From Parasitella parasitica NRRL 2501 (taxonomy: Eukaryota > Fungi > Mucoromycota), in the NCBI GenBank assembly GCA_025201805.1, contig MU619248.1, positions 248,001-312,000 of the forward strand: a stretch of 64,000 nucleotides of DNA. The letters run 5' to 3'. The notes beneath the pieces were generated by a model. That model worked only from the letters and a program-made list of their open reading frames with translations. It made no database searches and was not told the origin of the DNA. Position numbers and translations under genes: made by a program. Position 1 is the stretch's first letter. Every line of letters starts with the position of its first letter. Below are positions 37,660-50,783 of the stretch, piece by piece.

Positions 37660-40600
37660 CTAATAATTTAGTCTCATGAAATCAAAGAAAGCAAAATTGT
37701 CAGGGTGAGGACCGTATTTATAAACGAATTGAGAAGCAAGTGTAGCACCAAAAATAGCCTTCACGTAGTTTTCAGGCACTCTGTCCAGCAATGTTTCTAT
37801 GCCCAATTTATCCAAAAGAAGTTTTGGGAAAGCTCGTTCCAAAACTGTTTTACGCAGAGCAACATTATCCCAAAGGCCTGTGCTTTGCAATTGTTCGTTG
37901 AGCTGTACGATGGCAGTTGAAAGCTCGTCAGAAAGAATGGAGATAGGAATTGCATTCTTCTTGTGTTCCGTCCAAAGTGCTTCAAATTCGAGATTGGCGT
38001 TTCTTTCAATGATGCTTTGGACTTCTTTGACGTATGCTTGGTAAAATTCAGGTACAACACCATCCTTGATGCACATATGCTCTTCAAATTCGGCATCATC
38101 AAAAGCCAACGCAGCCAACACTTCCAAAGATGACGAGGTAACACCTCCCTTATTAGCAGAGGCATCCTTGATAACGACAATACCGGCCTTTTCTAAGCGA
38201 AGACGAGCCTCTTGGGTAAAGAAAAGATTAGCGCCCTCCACAATATACTTGAACAATGGCCCATTCCCACAGTCAATCAGTGATTGAACATTATCTAGGC
38301 CAACAGATTCAGGGCGACCGCCATTTGGCACAAACAAAGTAGCTTGCGCAAGTGCGTTTGTGTGGAATGAGTTTCTAAAGTTAAGACCATTCTCAACAAT
38401 AGAACCGTCTGGTAAGTTTACATTGTTCTCATCAACAAGCACGCGGAATCCTTCTGTAGATAGTTTGGATGTATCAAAATTGCTAATCATGAGACGGCTA
38501 TTAGCCAAACGACCCAACTCGTCACGATTGATACCAACAGGATCATAAAGGACGCCAGATCCATCCACAACTGCAATAGTTTTATCCGTAGAAATCTTGA
38601 TTTCATTGGAGCCTAAATCGCCATCAGGTCCACCTGTTTGAAACTTGGTCACCTCTTCTTCCTTGAGGCCGATCTTACGGTAAATCCCAAGCACATACTG
38701 ATGTACTGAACGAGTGGTCATAGCGTACTTGTCGTGAGGAATACCACCCAATGATGGGCTCTTGCCAGTAGTAAACGCTTTCCAGAAAGTAGCACCTCGT
38801 CTTCTTGCATGCTGAGATGCCCAATCCATGTAATCAGCGGTGCCTTCATCGGGACCAAAGAAGAGGATTTCAGGCTTCCCAGTGAGATCAACTAGTTTAT
38901 CCTTGATACCAATGGTTTCCCCGTCAATAAGCAAGTCAAGCATTGAGTCCACGTACTTTTCAAAGGCAACCACAGGCTTGTCTTGTTGATCGACATCCAA
39001 AAGAATCGTACCCTTAGATCCACCTTCTGGAATATCCTTATTCTTGCGATGCTGCGTGCCTGCCAGATTGTAATTTTCATCGAAAAGTGTTCTCAAGTTG
39101 ATAGAGTAGGCCTCTCTATTTCTCGAGCGAATCATACGGATACCACCACGAGCAACATCGCTGAAGCGAATATGGAATCCACGGAATTCAGAGCCGACTA
39201 CCAAGAACAAGCCATAAGGAGTAGTTGGATACTCAATTTCAGGTAAAAATCGAGGATCCATACGGAAGGAGAGCGCCACCTTGGTAGTCTGGTAAAAGTT
39301 TGTCTTGAGGACGTGTTTGTTGAAGGTCATGAAGGCCTCAAACACGAGCTGCTCATGGCTATTGGACGTAACGGTCTTGATTTTTTTGAGAAGTTGCTCT
39401 TCTGTCAAATCTTCCACGGTTGATAAGCGTTGGTAAGAAATGGTGGGCTGAAGAGAAACTTCGCGCTGGTTGACATAATGAACCTTAGCGAAATGGGCAT
39501 AAAGCAGCTTGATCAAATCGGGGTATTGTTTCACAATGTCGAGGATGTATTCACGCGTAAATGTGTCCTGTCTTAAACGTTTTTTCATTTTAGCCAGCAC
39601 CTCCTCATGCAAGGGGTTGGACGCGTCCAATATGTCAGAGAGACTGAGGTACTCCTTACCAAGACGATTGAGGAAATGCTGGGAAAAAATCCATCCCACG
39701 TAACCATAGACAGTTTCTTGCACTGAGAGCTTGTTAGTCATGAAAAACTCTTGTAGAGGGTTTCTGGGCAAGCAGTACAAAAGAGAGGTTTCCTTCATCA
39801 CTTGGTAGATAGAGTGCTCAATAGGAATAGTTTTAACATTAGGAAGAGGGTTCAAATAGAGACCCATTATAGTGACACCGTTTGAGAATTGCTCTGTATA
39901 CAATGCAAACATTAGCATTGAAAAACGTTGCATCGGCTGCAAACTTACCAACATATTTGCGGCTAGAGTACAAGCCATAGTAATGATACAGATCAGACAT
40001 GGCTGAAAAGAAGCCTTGTGTGCTTCTTTGACGATAACCAATGATCAAGCGGCGTTCACGAGTTCCCTGGACCTCGTACATCTCGATAACAGGCCCAGTT
40101 CTCTTAAGGACATTACACATTACCTCTTGATAGATGGAGCGTGTATGCTCAGTTGCCTTTTTTAAAAAGGTCTGGTCTGCCACCTCGTTGAGATCAGTTT
40201 CTTGCTCTGGCGTAGGATTAGGGCTGTTGAATTGACACTTGGCCACAAAATAGCAACGGAGTTGAGAAGACGCCATGCCGGTTGGCACGGTAGTATTCGA
40301 GCGATAAGACTCGACACGATAAGCATCCGTTGTAGCAGACGTATCTAGATATTTTTCATCAATCCTAAAAGAGAGTGTGTTAATCACCGCCGCAGTGATT
40401 AGTGCTACAAATACATACTTTTTTTCGCATTGAGGTCCTTCAAGCTGAGACACGCCGGGTTTGGACGAGTGGATGTAAACAGACGAATCTTCAGATTCCT
40501 TCTCCAAATTGATGTCCAAGACATTCTCGTTTTTGGTGAAGGCCAAGATCTTGGCGCCGTAAAGAGCTATGATGTGGTTTGCGATCGTTTCAACCGATTC

Positions 40601-40903
40601 AAGGGCAAAATAATAGTCATCAATCCCAAGATTTCTGCATACAAAATGCGCACACAAAGTCTAATTAATTGGCTGCCATGACAAACTATTACTACGCAGC
40701 CCATGTACATACCCATAAAACCAGGAAACCTCAATTTTTACCAGTTCCTTTGGCAAAAATCCAGAGTTCTCCAAATATTCTTGCACTTGCACCATTTGCT
40801 CTTCTTTACCGGCAAAAACGTTTGCATTGTATCCGAAATCAGCAGTTGTATTCAATTTCCCAGAGGGAGAGTTGGTACCAGGAGGGGCAAGAAGTCCAGT
40901 CAT
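37660..40903 (-). CDS. GDH2: NAD-specific glutamate dehydrogenase (large type, 4 exons)
   Basis: FRGFHIRFSDVARGGIR, KNKDIPEGGSKG, FFGPDEGTA, FQTGGPDGDLGSNEI, IVEGANLF and DASANKGGVTSSSLEV. Confidence 0.96.
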
Positions 40904-41443
40904 AGTTGAAAATGGAAAAACACAAAATAGATGAAGGAGAGACAACTCGAATAATAACGGATGTAGTTGATTTTATATACAAAGAAAATTGAACATGAAA
41001 CGTTTTGCCTGTTTATGCAGGAGGGCTTATGAGCCCTCAGAAAGTGATAATGAATGATTGCTGAATCTAATTGGCTCAACCGTGTGAAAAAAACATGTTT
41101 TTAGGTGTTGGGGATCTTGCTTTGATACCTGTCATTTCAGTCGTATAGTTGACTATCTCGAGACCTTTTTGTTTGTGGTCCTGGATATATGGGGTAAAGC
41201 CGAGAGTTTCATCATGAAAAAGGCTTGCTCTCAATACGCATTGCCACGCAGATGTTTGTTAAAATTCCAATTGCATCCAGATTCAGGCACGGAAAAAAAA
41301 TATACATGCCTACGTCGACACTCCAGAGAGCAAGCTAAAGCATATCTTTCATCTATCCCATAATTACAATAAAGAGCCATGACGATAGTTTATGATTAAT
41401 GCTTTCCAGCATCACAATAATCATACATAACTGTACGGAATTA

Positions 41444-42577
41444 CTATGCTTTATTGTTCAAGAGCTCTTGTACTCTTTCTTGATTTAATACATATCTATT
41501 AAGACTCTCGGAATCATGCACAGACAGGGAGTAGGTGACAGCCTGTTTATAATGCTCTAGTGCCTGCTCAAATTCTCCCTTCAGTTCCAGCATTCTGCCC
41601 AAATTATTCGACGCAACACCACCGCACTCCAAGCAATCTTGGTTTTTCATATCAGAGGCACTTGCATGAATAGCAGCTTGAGCCCAGCCCATAGCCTCGT
41701 CTACCTTGCCTAATCCAAACATGATTTCCGACAACTGATTCTGCACAATACCCTTCAAACAGACATCCGTATCAGGCACTGATTTCAAAGCATCGCTGAG
41801 CAGTGGCAATGCCAATTGGAAATTACGTTGCAATGCGTACAAGCTTGCCAAAGCCAATGTAATTTTAGCCTTCAGTGCGCTCTTGTTAGTAGCATTGTGT
41901 AGGGCCCAAGCCAGAAATTCCTCAGCATGTTCATAATCTGCAATACGCATGTAAAGATCGCCAATATTTTTTGCTGTTTCGACGGCCTCGTCCGATTCAC
42001 CTCTTTTTTCAATGATGAATTTCCATGATCGTGTATATTCAGTGATGGCATCCAACAAATTGCCAGCATTTGCTTCGTTGTGCGCAAGGCGTAATCGCAG
42101 CTGTATCACTGTATCCGAACTTTCTTCCAATTGCTTTTCCTCTAGCGCTATGCGAAGGGCCTCTCTCACGTAAAAGGCAGCCACCTCAAAATTCGGGGCA
42201 ATTGTTTCCCGGATGTAAGCGCCATGTAGCAAGTTTCTAGCCTGGTATCCAAGCTCTGGCGGTGTGGGAGACATCACGTATTCGATATACCAATGCGACA
42301 ACTGCCAGACAAGTGTAACGGCTGCAGTAACCGAAATGGCTGTATAGCCTGTAATCTTGGCAACCAGTTTAGCTTGAGATTTGATGTTTTTCATGGCTTC
42401 GTTGTATGGACTAGTAGTAAAGCTAGGCTCTTTGAGATGAGGTGGCGGTACGTTAGCTCTATGAAGCGCGGATACTCTTGGTGATCTGAATGTAGATGCC
42501 ATGCGTCTGCTGCCGCTAAAGGACGCTGATCTCTGAATACCTTTTCCAAAGAATGTTGATAGCTTTAAGGCTGACAT
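41444..42577 (-). CDS. TPR-repeat protein with a mitochondrial-type presequence and one TM segment (TTC19/Mgr3-like), intronless
   Basis: Basic Ser/Arg-rich N-terminus, TM segment near TAISVTAAVTLVW, TPR-like helices (IGDLYMRIADYEHAEEFLAWAL; NNLGRMLELKGEFEQALEHYKQA). Confidence 0.7.
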   Translation of the reverse strand: MSALKLSTFFGKGIQRSASFSGSRRMASTFRSPRVSALHRANVPPPHLKEPSFTTSPYNEAMKNIKSQAKLVAKITGYTAISVTAAVTLVWQLSHWYIEYVMSPTPPELGYQARNLLHGAYIRETIAPNFEVAAFYVREALRIALEEKQLEESSDTVIQLRLRLAHNEANAGNLLDAITEYTRSWKFIIEKRGESDEAVETAKNIGDLYMRIADYEHAEEFLAWALHNATNKSALKAKITLALASLYALQRNFQLALPLLSDALKSVPDTDVCLKGIVQNQLSEIMFGLGKVDEAMGWAQAAIHASASDMKNQDCLECGGVASNNLGRMLELKGEFEQALEHYKQAVTYSLSVHDSESLNRYVLNQERVQELLNNKA

Positions 42578-42725
42578 TTGTTGGAACCCCGGGAAAAAGA
42601 GAGTAGAATGTAGCGAGTTGGACAGTTGCTTTGACAAGCACTATTGCACCATTAAACGCCCGAATACAGTGACCTTGATTACAACAAGCATCCAACGCGC
42701 TTCCTATACTTTGTTTTAAGCGCAT

Positions 42726-42731
42726 ACGCGT
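42726..42731. promoter_or_regulatory. MCB-like element ACGCGT in the divergent TPR/PDS5 promoter
   Basis: ACGCGT about 80 bp upstream of the PDS5 ATG; a second ACGCG near 42694. Confidence 0.4.
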
Positions 42732-42810
42732 TGAAGTGTCTCTTTTTTTTTTTTTTTTTTTCCTCTTCTTCTTCTTACTTTTGACTATTGTACTTGATTG
42801 AAATTCTAAC

Positions 42811-45800
42811 ATGGACATCGACGACACTCAATCTTCCGGTCTTATCGATTCACAAATGGAGACAGAAGAAGCTCCTCGATTAGAGTTTTCGGAATCACTC
42901 ATTGGCACCCCTAAACCCATCAAAGTGGGCGAGCTTCAGACGTTATTAAAGGTAAACTGACATGTAAATATAAACGGCTGTTTGAAAACTGCTGACTGGG
43001 ATCATTAGTCTCTCCACGAGCAATTGAAAGAGCTAGATCAAAACGTCGATCAAAGCTCTCTTGAAACGGTAACCAGAGAACTTGTGCACAAGCAAATCAT
43101 CAAAAATCCCAACAAAACTGTCAAGGCCTTAGCTGCTTGCTGTATTGCCGACATCATCCGTTTACATGCTCCTACATGCCCCTATTCACTAGACGAGCTC
43201 AAGGTAAGTCATTTGGCCAATCTCTGAGCTGCACACGCCCAACATCTTTGCTGCTAGAACGTATTCAAGTTCTTTGTCGATCAGCTTGGTTACTTTGGAA
43301 AGGAGACTCCTGATTTTCCTTACCATTTCTACCTCTTGGAAAACTTGCAGTCCGTCAAGACTTTTCTCTTGCTCAGTGAGATTGATGGTTCTGAAGATAT
43401 CGTCTTTCCAATGGTTGCAGAGTTTTTCGAGGTTGCGTCAAAGTAGGTTGTTTGTGAATACTGAGGGGTTTTTTTTTAGTCGTCGCAGGTTGACTTATTT
43501 TTCATGTGAATAGAGCTACTTTGCGCAGAAATGTCGAGTTGTGTATGACAGATGTGTTGATCCAATTGATCGAAGATGTTGGTATTTTGGGTCAAGAAAT
43601 GACCGAACTTATTTTGGAGCAATTTGAACGATTCGAAAAGGTAGACAGGGACATGTAAAAACACGTTTATTTATCATTTCACTAAAGATTGACTGGGATA
43701 GGGGTCAACAAATCCTGCTTTTGTCATGACATTGGACATCTGCTATGTATGCACAAGTTCTCTCCAAAGAAGAGTGTGTCAGGTAATTAACGTACTTGTG
43801 ATTCGGTGCCGACATTAACCCTCCTTGACAGTACTTTTCTGACATTTTGCTTTCCATGAGCAACACCACTGATCAGAACGAAGATTTGGAAGAAATCAGA
43901 AAAGCACACCATCTCATGCGCAAAATCAACTCCATCGCCCCCGATTTGTTACTCAATGCTATGCCTCTTTTGCAAGAAGAGATGAAGGTGGATCATTTGA
44001 ATATTCGTCAGCTTGCTACAGAGACTATGGGAGAGATGTTTGCAGAAGAGTCCTCCAATGTTGCTGAAAAATACCCTAATATTTGGAAAACTTGGCTTGG
44101 AAGGTATGTGCAAATGTGATGCATATTTTGCACAGTCCAACTTAGTTTTATATTAGACGCAACGACAAAGCTCAGTCTTTACGTGTGAAATGGCTATACT
44201 TGTGTGTTGACATTTATAAAAACCATCCGGAATCCGTTCCTGAATTGATCGGTAAATCAAAATAACTTGACCCCATCTACAAACCATAGAAACTCATTGA
44301 TTTGCGTATATAGAATGCCTCAAAGAAAAATTCACAGACCCTGATGACAAGGTGCGTCTCACGGCATGTAAAGTCGTAGGAGAAATCGGAATAGAGAACG
44401 ACTCCAAAATCATGGATAAGAATTTAGTTGAATTAGTCGGTGCCAGAGCCAAGGACAAAAAGGTACAAAGCTTAACCCTTCTCTCTATCCGCGCTACTCT
44501 GATAACCTTTTTTTTTGTAGAATCTTGTAAGAGTCGAAGCAATGACCACTATTGGAACAATCTACGACAATTGCTATCAACGCATCAAGGCCAACGATAA
44601 ATTGGCTATCGAGAAAACCGGATGGATTCCTGATCTTGTCCTTAGCTGTCTTTACTTGGGTGATTTAGCAGTACAGTAAGTGTTTAAAAGCAATGTAAGA
44701 AGCAGCAGGAGCTCATGCTTGTTGTATTAGAGCAAACGTTGAAGCTATCTTTCAAACATTCATTGTTCCTGAAAACGACAACGATGCTGAACGAACTGAA
44801 AGACTTGTTACTGTCCTTGACTCATTGAAGGACAAACAAAAGATTGCTTTTCTTGCGCTTTTGCAAAAGCAAAAATTATTTAATGAAAACATGCTCACTT
44901 TTGTTGAAATGTGCGAAAAAAATGTATGTAAAATGTCATACGATTGTCCAGTGAATGCTCTAAACAAACCGTGTCGTAGATTGACCACTCTGAAACCACT
45001 GAGCACGATGCCACCAAAGTCGATGAATTCATAAAGTATCTAGCAGGTAATTAACCTATCAATTTCATCAACCAAGAGCGATCCACCTAAATCACATAAA
45101 CAGCCCGTTTCTCAGATAAAGCAAGAACTTTGAATGCCCTGCGTTCATTCCTCCACAGAGAAAATGATAGAGATATCAAGCTTTTGAGAAATGCAATTGA
45201 TCTCAACCGCACATACAAGCAAGTAAACGCAGCAAAGGTAAACATATTTGTACAAGTTGCGTAGCCTTTTAACTGATGTTTGAAATAGACCAAACTGCTC
45301 TCAAACTTGAAGGACGACCAATCTGCTATCGTGGACATCTTCCAAGCTATACTGAACAGAGCATGTCCGCTCATCCTCAATAAAAGTAATATCACTCATC
45401 TGCTCAAGATTGCAAAAACAAACAAATCAAGAAGAGCCACTGCATCATCTCAAAGATCGCTCGTTGCACAGAAGATCCTGTCAGATATGTCAACTGTTTA
45501 TCCCTCCATGTATACCAACAATTTGAAGGATATTATCAGCGATATTATGAACGACAACGATAGCACTGGTATGGCTGTTTATTTAATGGTTGTCAAATGC
45601 TAAACTAATTCGACTATAATTTTCAGCCGATGAAGGTCTTCAACTTTTGTCTGAAATCAGCAAGGCTTCGGTGGGCGAAATGAAGTTTCAAGAGTAAGCA
45701 GACAACTGTTCTTTTTTTTTTATAACATATTGGTGTGTTTGCTTATAGGAAAATTAGTAATCTAGTTGAACGACTTACTGCTTACGTTTCTGAAGGCAGT

Positions 45801-47338
45801 GTCGAGCAAGCAAAGCATGCGGCTACAGCCCTTGCGGCAATGAAGAATGCTGATTTAGTACTTGTGGATTCTGTTACTGAGTGGAGTGACGATTTCTTCA
45901 TAAACTCATCAGCATTACTCAGTAGACTTGCTAGTTTTTCACAATTCGCCTTGTACGCACCTGCTTTGATTGATCCTCTTGTAGGAACTTTGATCAGATT
46001 TGTGCAAGACGATCTTTTAAGTGCAAAAACGAAAGAGGCAGGTATCTTTCAAGCATATTAGCTTGACATTGACGATACTGACGATCTGCATAGTTCAACA
46101 AGAAGAATGATGAATGGGAGCCCTATAATGATTTACCCCAGTTATCGAAACAAAAGCTCGCTGGTGTCCGTCTCTTGGTCAATTACTTAATTGCTTCCAA
46201 GGATTCTAACCAACTCGAGGACTTTGCTATTAGCAAGATCTTTTCTATTCTTTGGGAGTTAATGGACGTCACCTGCGAAAGCGCCCTTGCAGACAAGACA
46301 AAGTAAGTTATATCGCACTTACAAAAGATAGATATCCAACTTATTCCGCCTGGTAGTGCTGCCGAAACTTCTCATCTTAGATTAGGCGCCAGTCAATCCA
46401 TTGTCAAGCTTACACAGTTTAGCAGATACATGAGTGAACTGACTGTGCCAAAGTTCGAAAAGCTGAGTACTGCCTTACAAGATGCCTGTTATTACGTTCG
46501 TCAAGAGTTTGCAGAATCTTTGATGAAGGGACTACAAAGCGGACAAATCCATTCTCGCTATTACACCTTGCTTTTCATTTGTGCCCACGAACCTGAGATC
46601 TCCCTGCTGAAACAGGTTAAAAGCTTTATTCAAAAACGTTTATCTGTCGTGGAGGTCAAGCAGGGTGAGTCCTCTGTTGTGGACTCTTCTCTTGTTCGTT
46701 TGATACATCTTTTGGCACATCACCCTGACTTTACAGAAGCAGTAGAAGATTTGAATGACTTTAGTCAGTATTTTAGATTCTTCATTAGCTGTGTGGCCAC
46801 GCCAGATAACGTGTCATTCCTATATCATATTGCCCAACAAATCAAGATTTCCAAGGATATGGTAGATGAAGAATTAAGCAAGGTATAACCATCGCTTATT
46901 TGCGGCCCTAATCACCGCACTCATTGTTTTAAAAAATAGAATTCTTACATACTGAGCGATTTGGCTTGTTTATTGATCAAGACTAAATGCAAAGATGCTT
47001 CATGGCCTTTGGATGCTTTTGGAGGCCGTGTCAGTCTTCAATCTAGACTTTATCGTACTTTACCTGCAGGAGCCGTTCAAGCAGAGGTATTTTTACTTGC
47101 GAATACAGCAGGAAAACTCGCTTTAACAAAATATTTCACATAGACTATCAAGAAAAACTATTTACCAAAAGAGTTTCTCACCAGGTTTGAAGAAGAGCAC
47201 AAGCACAAGTCTGGAGAAAAGGTATCTTCTGCGATAATACCCGTTCCTTAATCGACCATCTAACGCTAAATTTTTCTTTTTCATCAACAGCGATCTCGAT
47301 TAACAGCCTCTGTTAGCAACAAAAAAGCCAAGGTCTAA
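42811..47338 (+). CDS. PDS5: sister chromatid cohesion protein PDS5 (about 20 exons)
   Basis: ACCIADIIRLHAPTCPY, YHFYLLENLQSVK, PDLLLNAMPLLQEE, WKTWLGRRND, DPDDKVR, GWIPD, LQDACYYVRQEF and RLIHLLAHHPDF; about 19 short introns. Confidence 0.93.
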
Positions 47339-47793
47339 ACAGACCTTGATACAGTAATCATAACTGCACCGTATACATAGTAAATAAAGCCATTATATCT
47401 TTTGATCCTGTTGTTTTTGGGTGTTTTTGTCATTATAATGAACATTTAGCCGTATATGTTAAGGGTAACCTGTGTTGTCTAGTCTTGGGAAAGAGACCAT
47501 TTTAATAGCAGTTATTTTGCAGAATGCAATAATCGTGAAAAAAAAAATCATCATCTACTTGTCATACATGCTTGGAGACTATAGTCCAACTGCTTAACTT
47601 GCTCACTCATATCCTTGGCTTTCTCAAAGAGACGTCTATGACCCATTGTTAAATGACGTTGTACGGATAACAGTACGTGGAGTATCATGGGGTGTGCTTA
47701 TAACTATTTTCCTGTACACACAAGATCATCTACCCAATTTTTTTCAGTCTTGACCAATAGTTGGAAACAAAAAATCAACTTGTAATAACTTTG

Positions 47794-49464
47794 ATGACAA
47801 TAACACATCGACAAAAACCCTCAGGAAGCACACTAAGTGCTGTTACCAATGCAGATGGTGGAGGGTCAAGTATTGACGATAAAGAGCCTCCCAAGTACCA
47901 CTGTGATGCTTGTTCAAACGACGTGACCAACACCGTTCGTATACGTTGCGCTGATAAAGACTGTCCAGACTTTGACCTTTGTGTTTCTTGTTTCTGCGGT
48001 GGAGCAGAGCCAGTAAAGCACAAGACATGGCATGATTACCGTATCGTCAAGCCACACAATTTTCCGATTTTCAGTGAAGACTGGGACGCAGACGAAGAGC
48101 TGCTGCTCATCGAGGCAGCAGAGAAGATGGGTATAGGTAACTGGCAGGCAATTGCCGACTATGTGGGTACCAAGGGAAAGGGAGAGTGTGAGCAGCACTA
48201 CTTGGATGTATACGTATCCAGTCCAAACTGGCCACTTCCAAGAATGAATCTCAAGTTTGAAACTAGCGAAATCGAGTGTCGTGAACGCAAGCGCCAACGA
48301 TTGCAGCAATCTCGTGGTATGACACCTCGCAAGCCAATGTCTTCTCATCCAAACAACGCCAAACCCATTACCAGTGGTCCTTCTTTCCATGAAATCCAAG
48401 GCTACATGCCTCGCCGTTTTGAGTTCGAGACAGAGCACGAAAACGAGGCCGAGCAATTTGTCAAGGATATGGTTTTTAACGACGACGATACCGAAGAGGA
48501 AGTAGACCTCAAAGTGATGGTGTTGGACATTTACAATTCACGACTGGATCGTCGAATGGAGCGTAAAAACCTTATATTCGAGAGAAGATGGCTAGACTTT
48601 AAACGAATGCAGGCAATTGAACGAAAGCGACAAAAGGAAGAGCGTGACATTTACAACAAGACTCGGGTGTTTTGCAGACTGCAGACTGAGGCAGATTACG
48701 ACATGTTTGTGAAAGGCCTGGTAAAAGAGCAGCAGTTGAGGGATAGGATCACTACGTTGCAAGAGTGGAGGCAGGCTGGCCTCACCACTGTCAAACAGGG
48801 TGAACAATACGAACGCGAGAAGCAAAATCGACTTGCTCAGCTAAAGACATTTGTATCGTTATCGAGCGAAAGAAACGGAGCAAGCGGATCAGCTCAGAGA
48901 AACACATACCGTGCACAAATCGCATCTCTTGCGACGTCAAATGGCGCTCACTATTACCGAGACAGACCGACACATACGACGTCCACGCCTGCACTTTCCA
49001 ATGCTACATCTGCTGCCCCTTCAGGCGGCCGAAAGCCAGCCAATCCATTAAACATTCGAGATGCTGATGGCGTCCATTTATTGACTGAAGAAGAACAATT
49101 ACTGTGTTCCACACTACGAATCATGCCCAGGCCTTACTTGGTCATCAAAGACACAATACTAAAAGAGTATGCTCGACTTGGGTATATGAAACGACGTCAA
49201 TGCCGTTCATTGATCAAGATAGACGTGAACAAGACGAGTCGAATTTATGACTTTTTTGTGGAAAGTGGATGGATCAAGGCGTTTAAAGATCCTGCTACAG
49301 CAGCAGCAGCAACAGCAGCAGCAGCTCAAATCCCAGCGACATTATCATCAAACCCATCCCCTCCTCCTGCAACACAACCCTCTGAATTACTCGCATCTGA
49401 GGCACTACAACCATCCACTTCAACCTCTATCTCTACTTCATTAATGATGACCGAAGCTAACTGA
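47794..49464 (+). CDS. ADA2: transcriptional adapter ADA2 (ZZ + SANT + SWIRM), intronless
   Basis: YHCDACSNDVT..RIRCA..CPDFDLCVSCF, DWDADEELLLIEA...GNWQAIADYVG, GYMPRRFEFETE and KIDVNKTSRIYDFF. Confidence 0.96.
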   Translation: MTITHRQKPSGSTLSAVTNADGGGSSIDDKEPPKYHCDACSNDVTNTVRIRCADKDCPDFDLCVSCFCGGAEPVKHKTWHDYRIVKPHNFPIFSEDWDADEELLLIEAAEKMGIGNWQAIADYVGTKGKGECEQHYLDVYVSSPNWPLPRMNLKFETSEIECRERKRQRLQQSRGMTPRKPMSSHPNNAKPITSGPSFHEIQGYMPRRFEFETEHENEAEQFVKDMVFNDDDTEEEVDLKVMVLDIYNSRLDRRMERKNLIFERRWLDFKRMQAIERKRQKEERDIYNKTRVFCRLQTEADYDMFVKGLVKEQQLRDRITTLQEWRQAGLTTVKQGEQYEREKQNRLAQLKTFVSLSSERNGASGSAQRNTYRAQIASLATSNGAHYYRDRPTHTTSTPALSNATSAAPSGGRKPANPLNIRDADGVHLLTEEEQLLCSTLRIMPRPYLVIKDTILKEYARLGYMKRRQCRSLIKIDVNKTSRIYDFFVESGWIKAFKDPATAAAATAAAAQIPATLSSNPSPPPATQPSELLASEALQPSTSTSISTSLMMTEAN

Positions 49465-49537
49465 GTCTTATAAAAATATACACCGAGGGCTAATTTTCCT
49501 ACGTCTTCATAATTACCTTGTTTACAATGTTTTGCAC

Positions 49538-49569
<32 letters not shown>

Positions 49570-49596
49570 CCAAATTTTTTTTTTTTTATATTAAAT

Positions 49597-50779
49597 ATGA
49601 CAATTTCAGACGATCCTCGTACAAGCCATACTATAGTCAGATCCCTTATTGAGGATGGATATTTGTATCAGATGGAATACAAAGATCAAACAAACAACCT
49701 GTTTTATCTGATTCTGAATTTGCATAAAATCAAGAGCAAGTATAACGATGTATATATGCGTATATCAGCGATTTGTTGTATTCATCATTACATACATCAT
49801 AGTTCCTGAAAAACAGCTGGACGCCGTGTATCGACATGTCATACGTACCATGGATGCATTGCTGATTCCAAAGACATTCAAGTTGCCAAATCCAATACAA
49901 GAAAGTGCGTGGCAAGATTACCTTGGCGACGCAGACATGTATGCCGAGTACATGGCGTTTTTTGATCGCCAGATCATCTGTCATGGCGTAGACAATGCTT
50001 TAAAGCAGTACTTTTACGACAGCCCGCTTGCCTACTCTGTAGGCTCCCATCGTCTACCAGTAGCTCATATGGCTCTAGGCGTAAGGTACAAGTTGGACGA
50101 ACTCATTGGACAAGCGTTAGCTTACTTGGCAACGACATTTCAAGACGGAAGCTTCTTGAAAAGCCAGCCATCCCAACTCAGCAATAGCGGCTACTTGACA
50201 GCGCATCAGATATTGGTAGATCAGGTAAGAGTAGATCCTCGGTTTGGATCATCTTATGGCTTGATAACTATCAGCAAAAAAGATTACCAAGAGCTCCCAA
50301 AGTGTAAAAGGGTTCTCAAAAACACGCATGAGCTCTTGCAGACGTACACGTATCTTTGGAAAGTGCCAGAGAATGTGGACGACGCGCTGGAAGAATTGCG
50401 ACTATTGGCGACGCAGATGATGATTTCGCCCGTCAAGGGCGGATTGAGACGGCAATACATCGATGCTGGAACGGGAGGCAGCCTGCTTAGGACTATAAAC
50501 GCCATTGACATACTCTATCCTAACTCTAGCTGTCCAAGGGACATTCTGCGAGTGCAGTTTTTGAATGTGATTCACTACTACATTGCATTGGGTCGTCCAG
50601 ATATACTCAGTCTCTTGAGCAACAACAAAAGTAAGCGCTTCAATGAATTCAGTCTCATCCAAAAGATGATTGATAGCAACAAGATCAACGCTCCTACCAT
50701 GGCTGCTTTATTTGCATTGAAAGAGGCACAAGACCATAATCTACATTCCATGTACACTAAAGTTGCAAACCTGCTCTAA
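49597..50779 (+). CDS. divergent questin-oxidase/AflY (DUF4243)-like protein (probable GC-AG intron 49736-49802)
   Basis: WQDYLGD..MYAEYMAFFDRQI...GVDNALKQYF and HMALGV....LIGQALAYLA resemble the family pattern; conserved His residues appear substituted. Confidence 0.6.
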
Positions 50780-50783
50780 TAAA

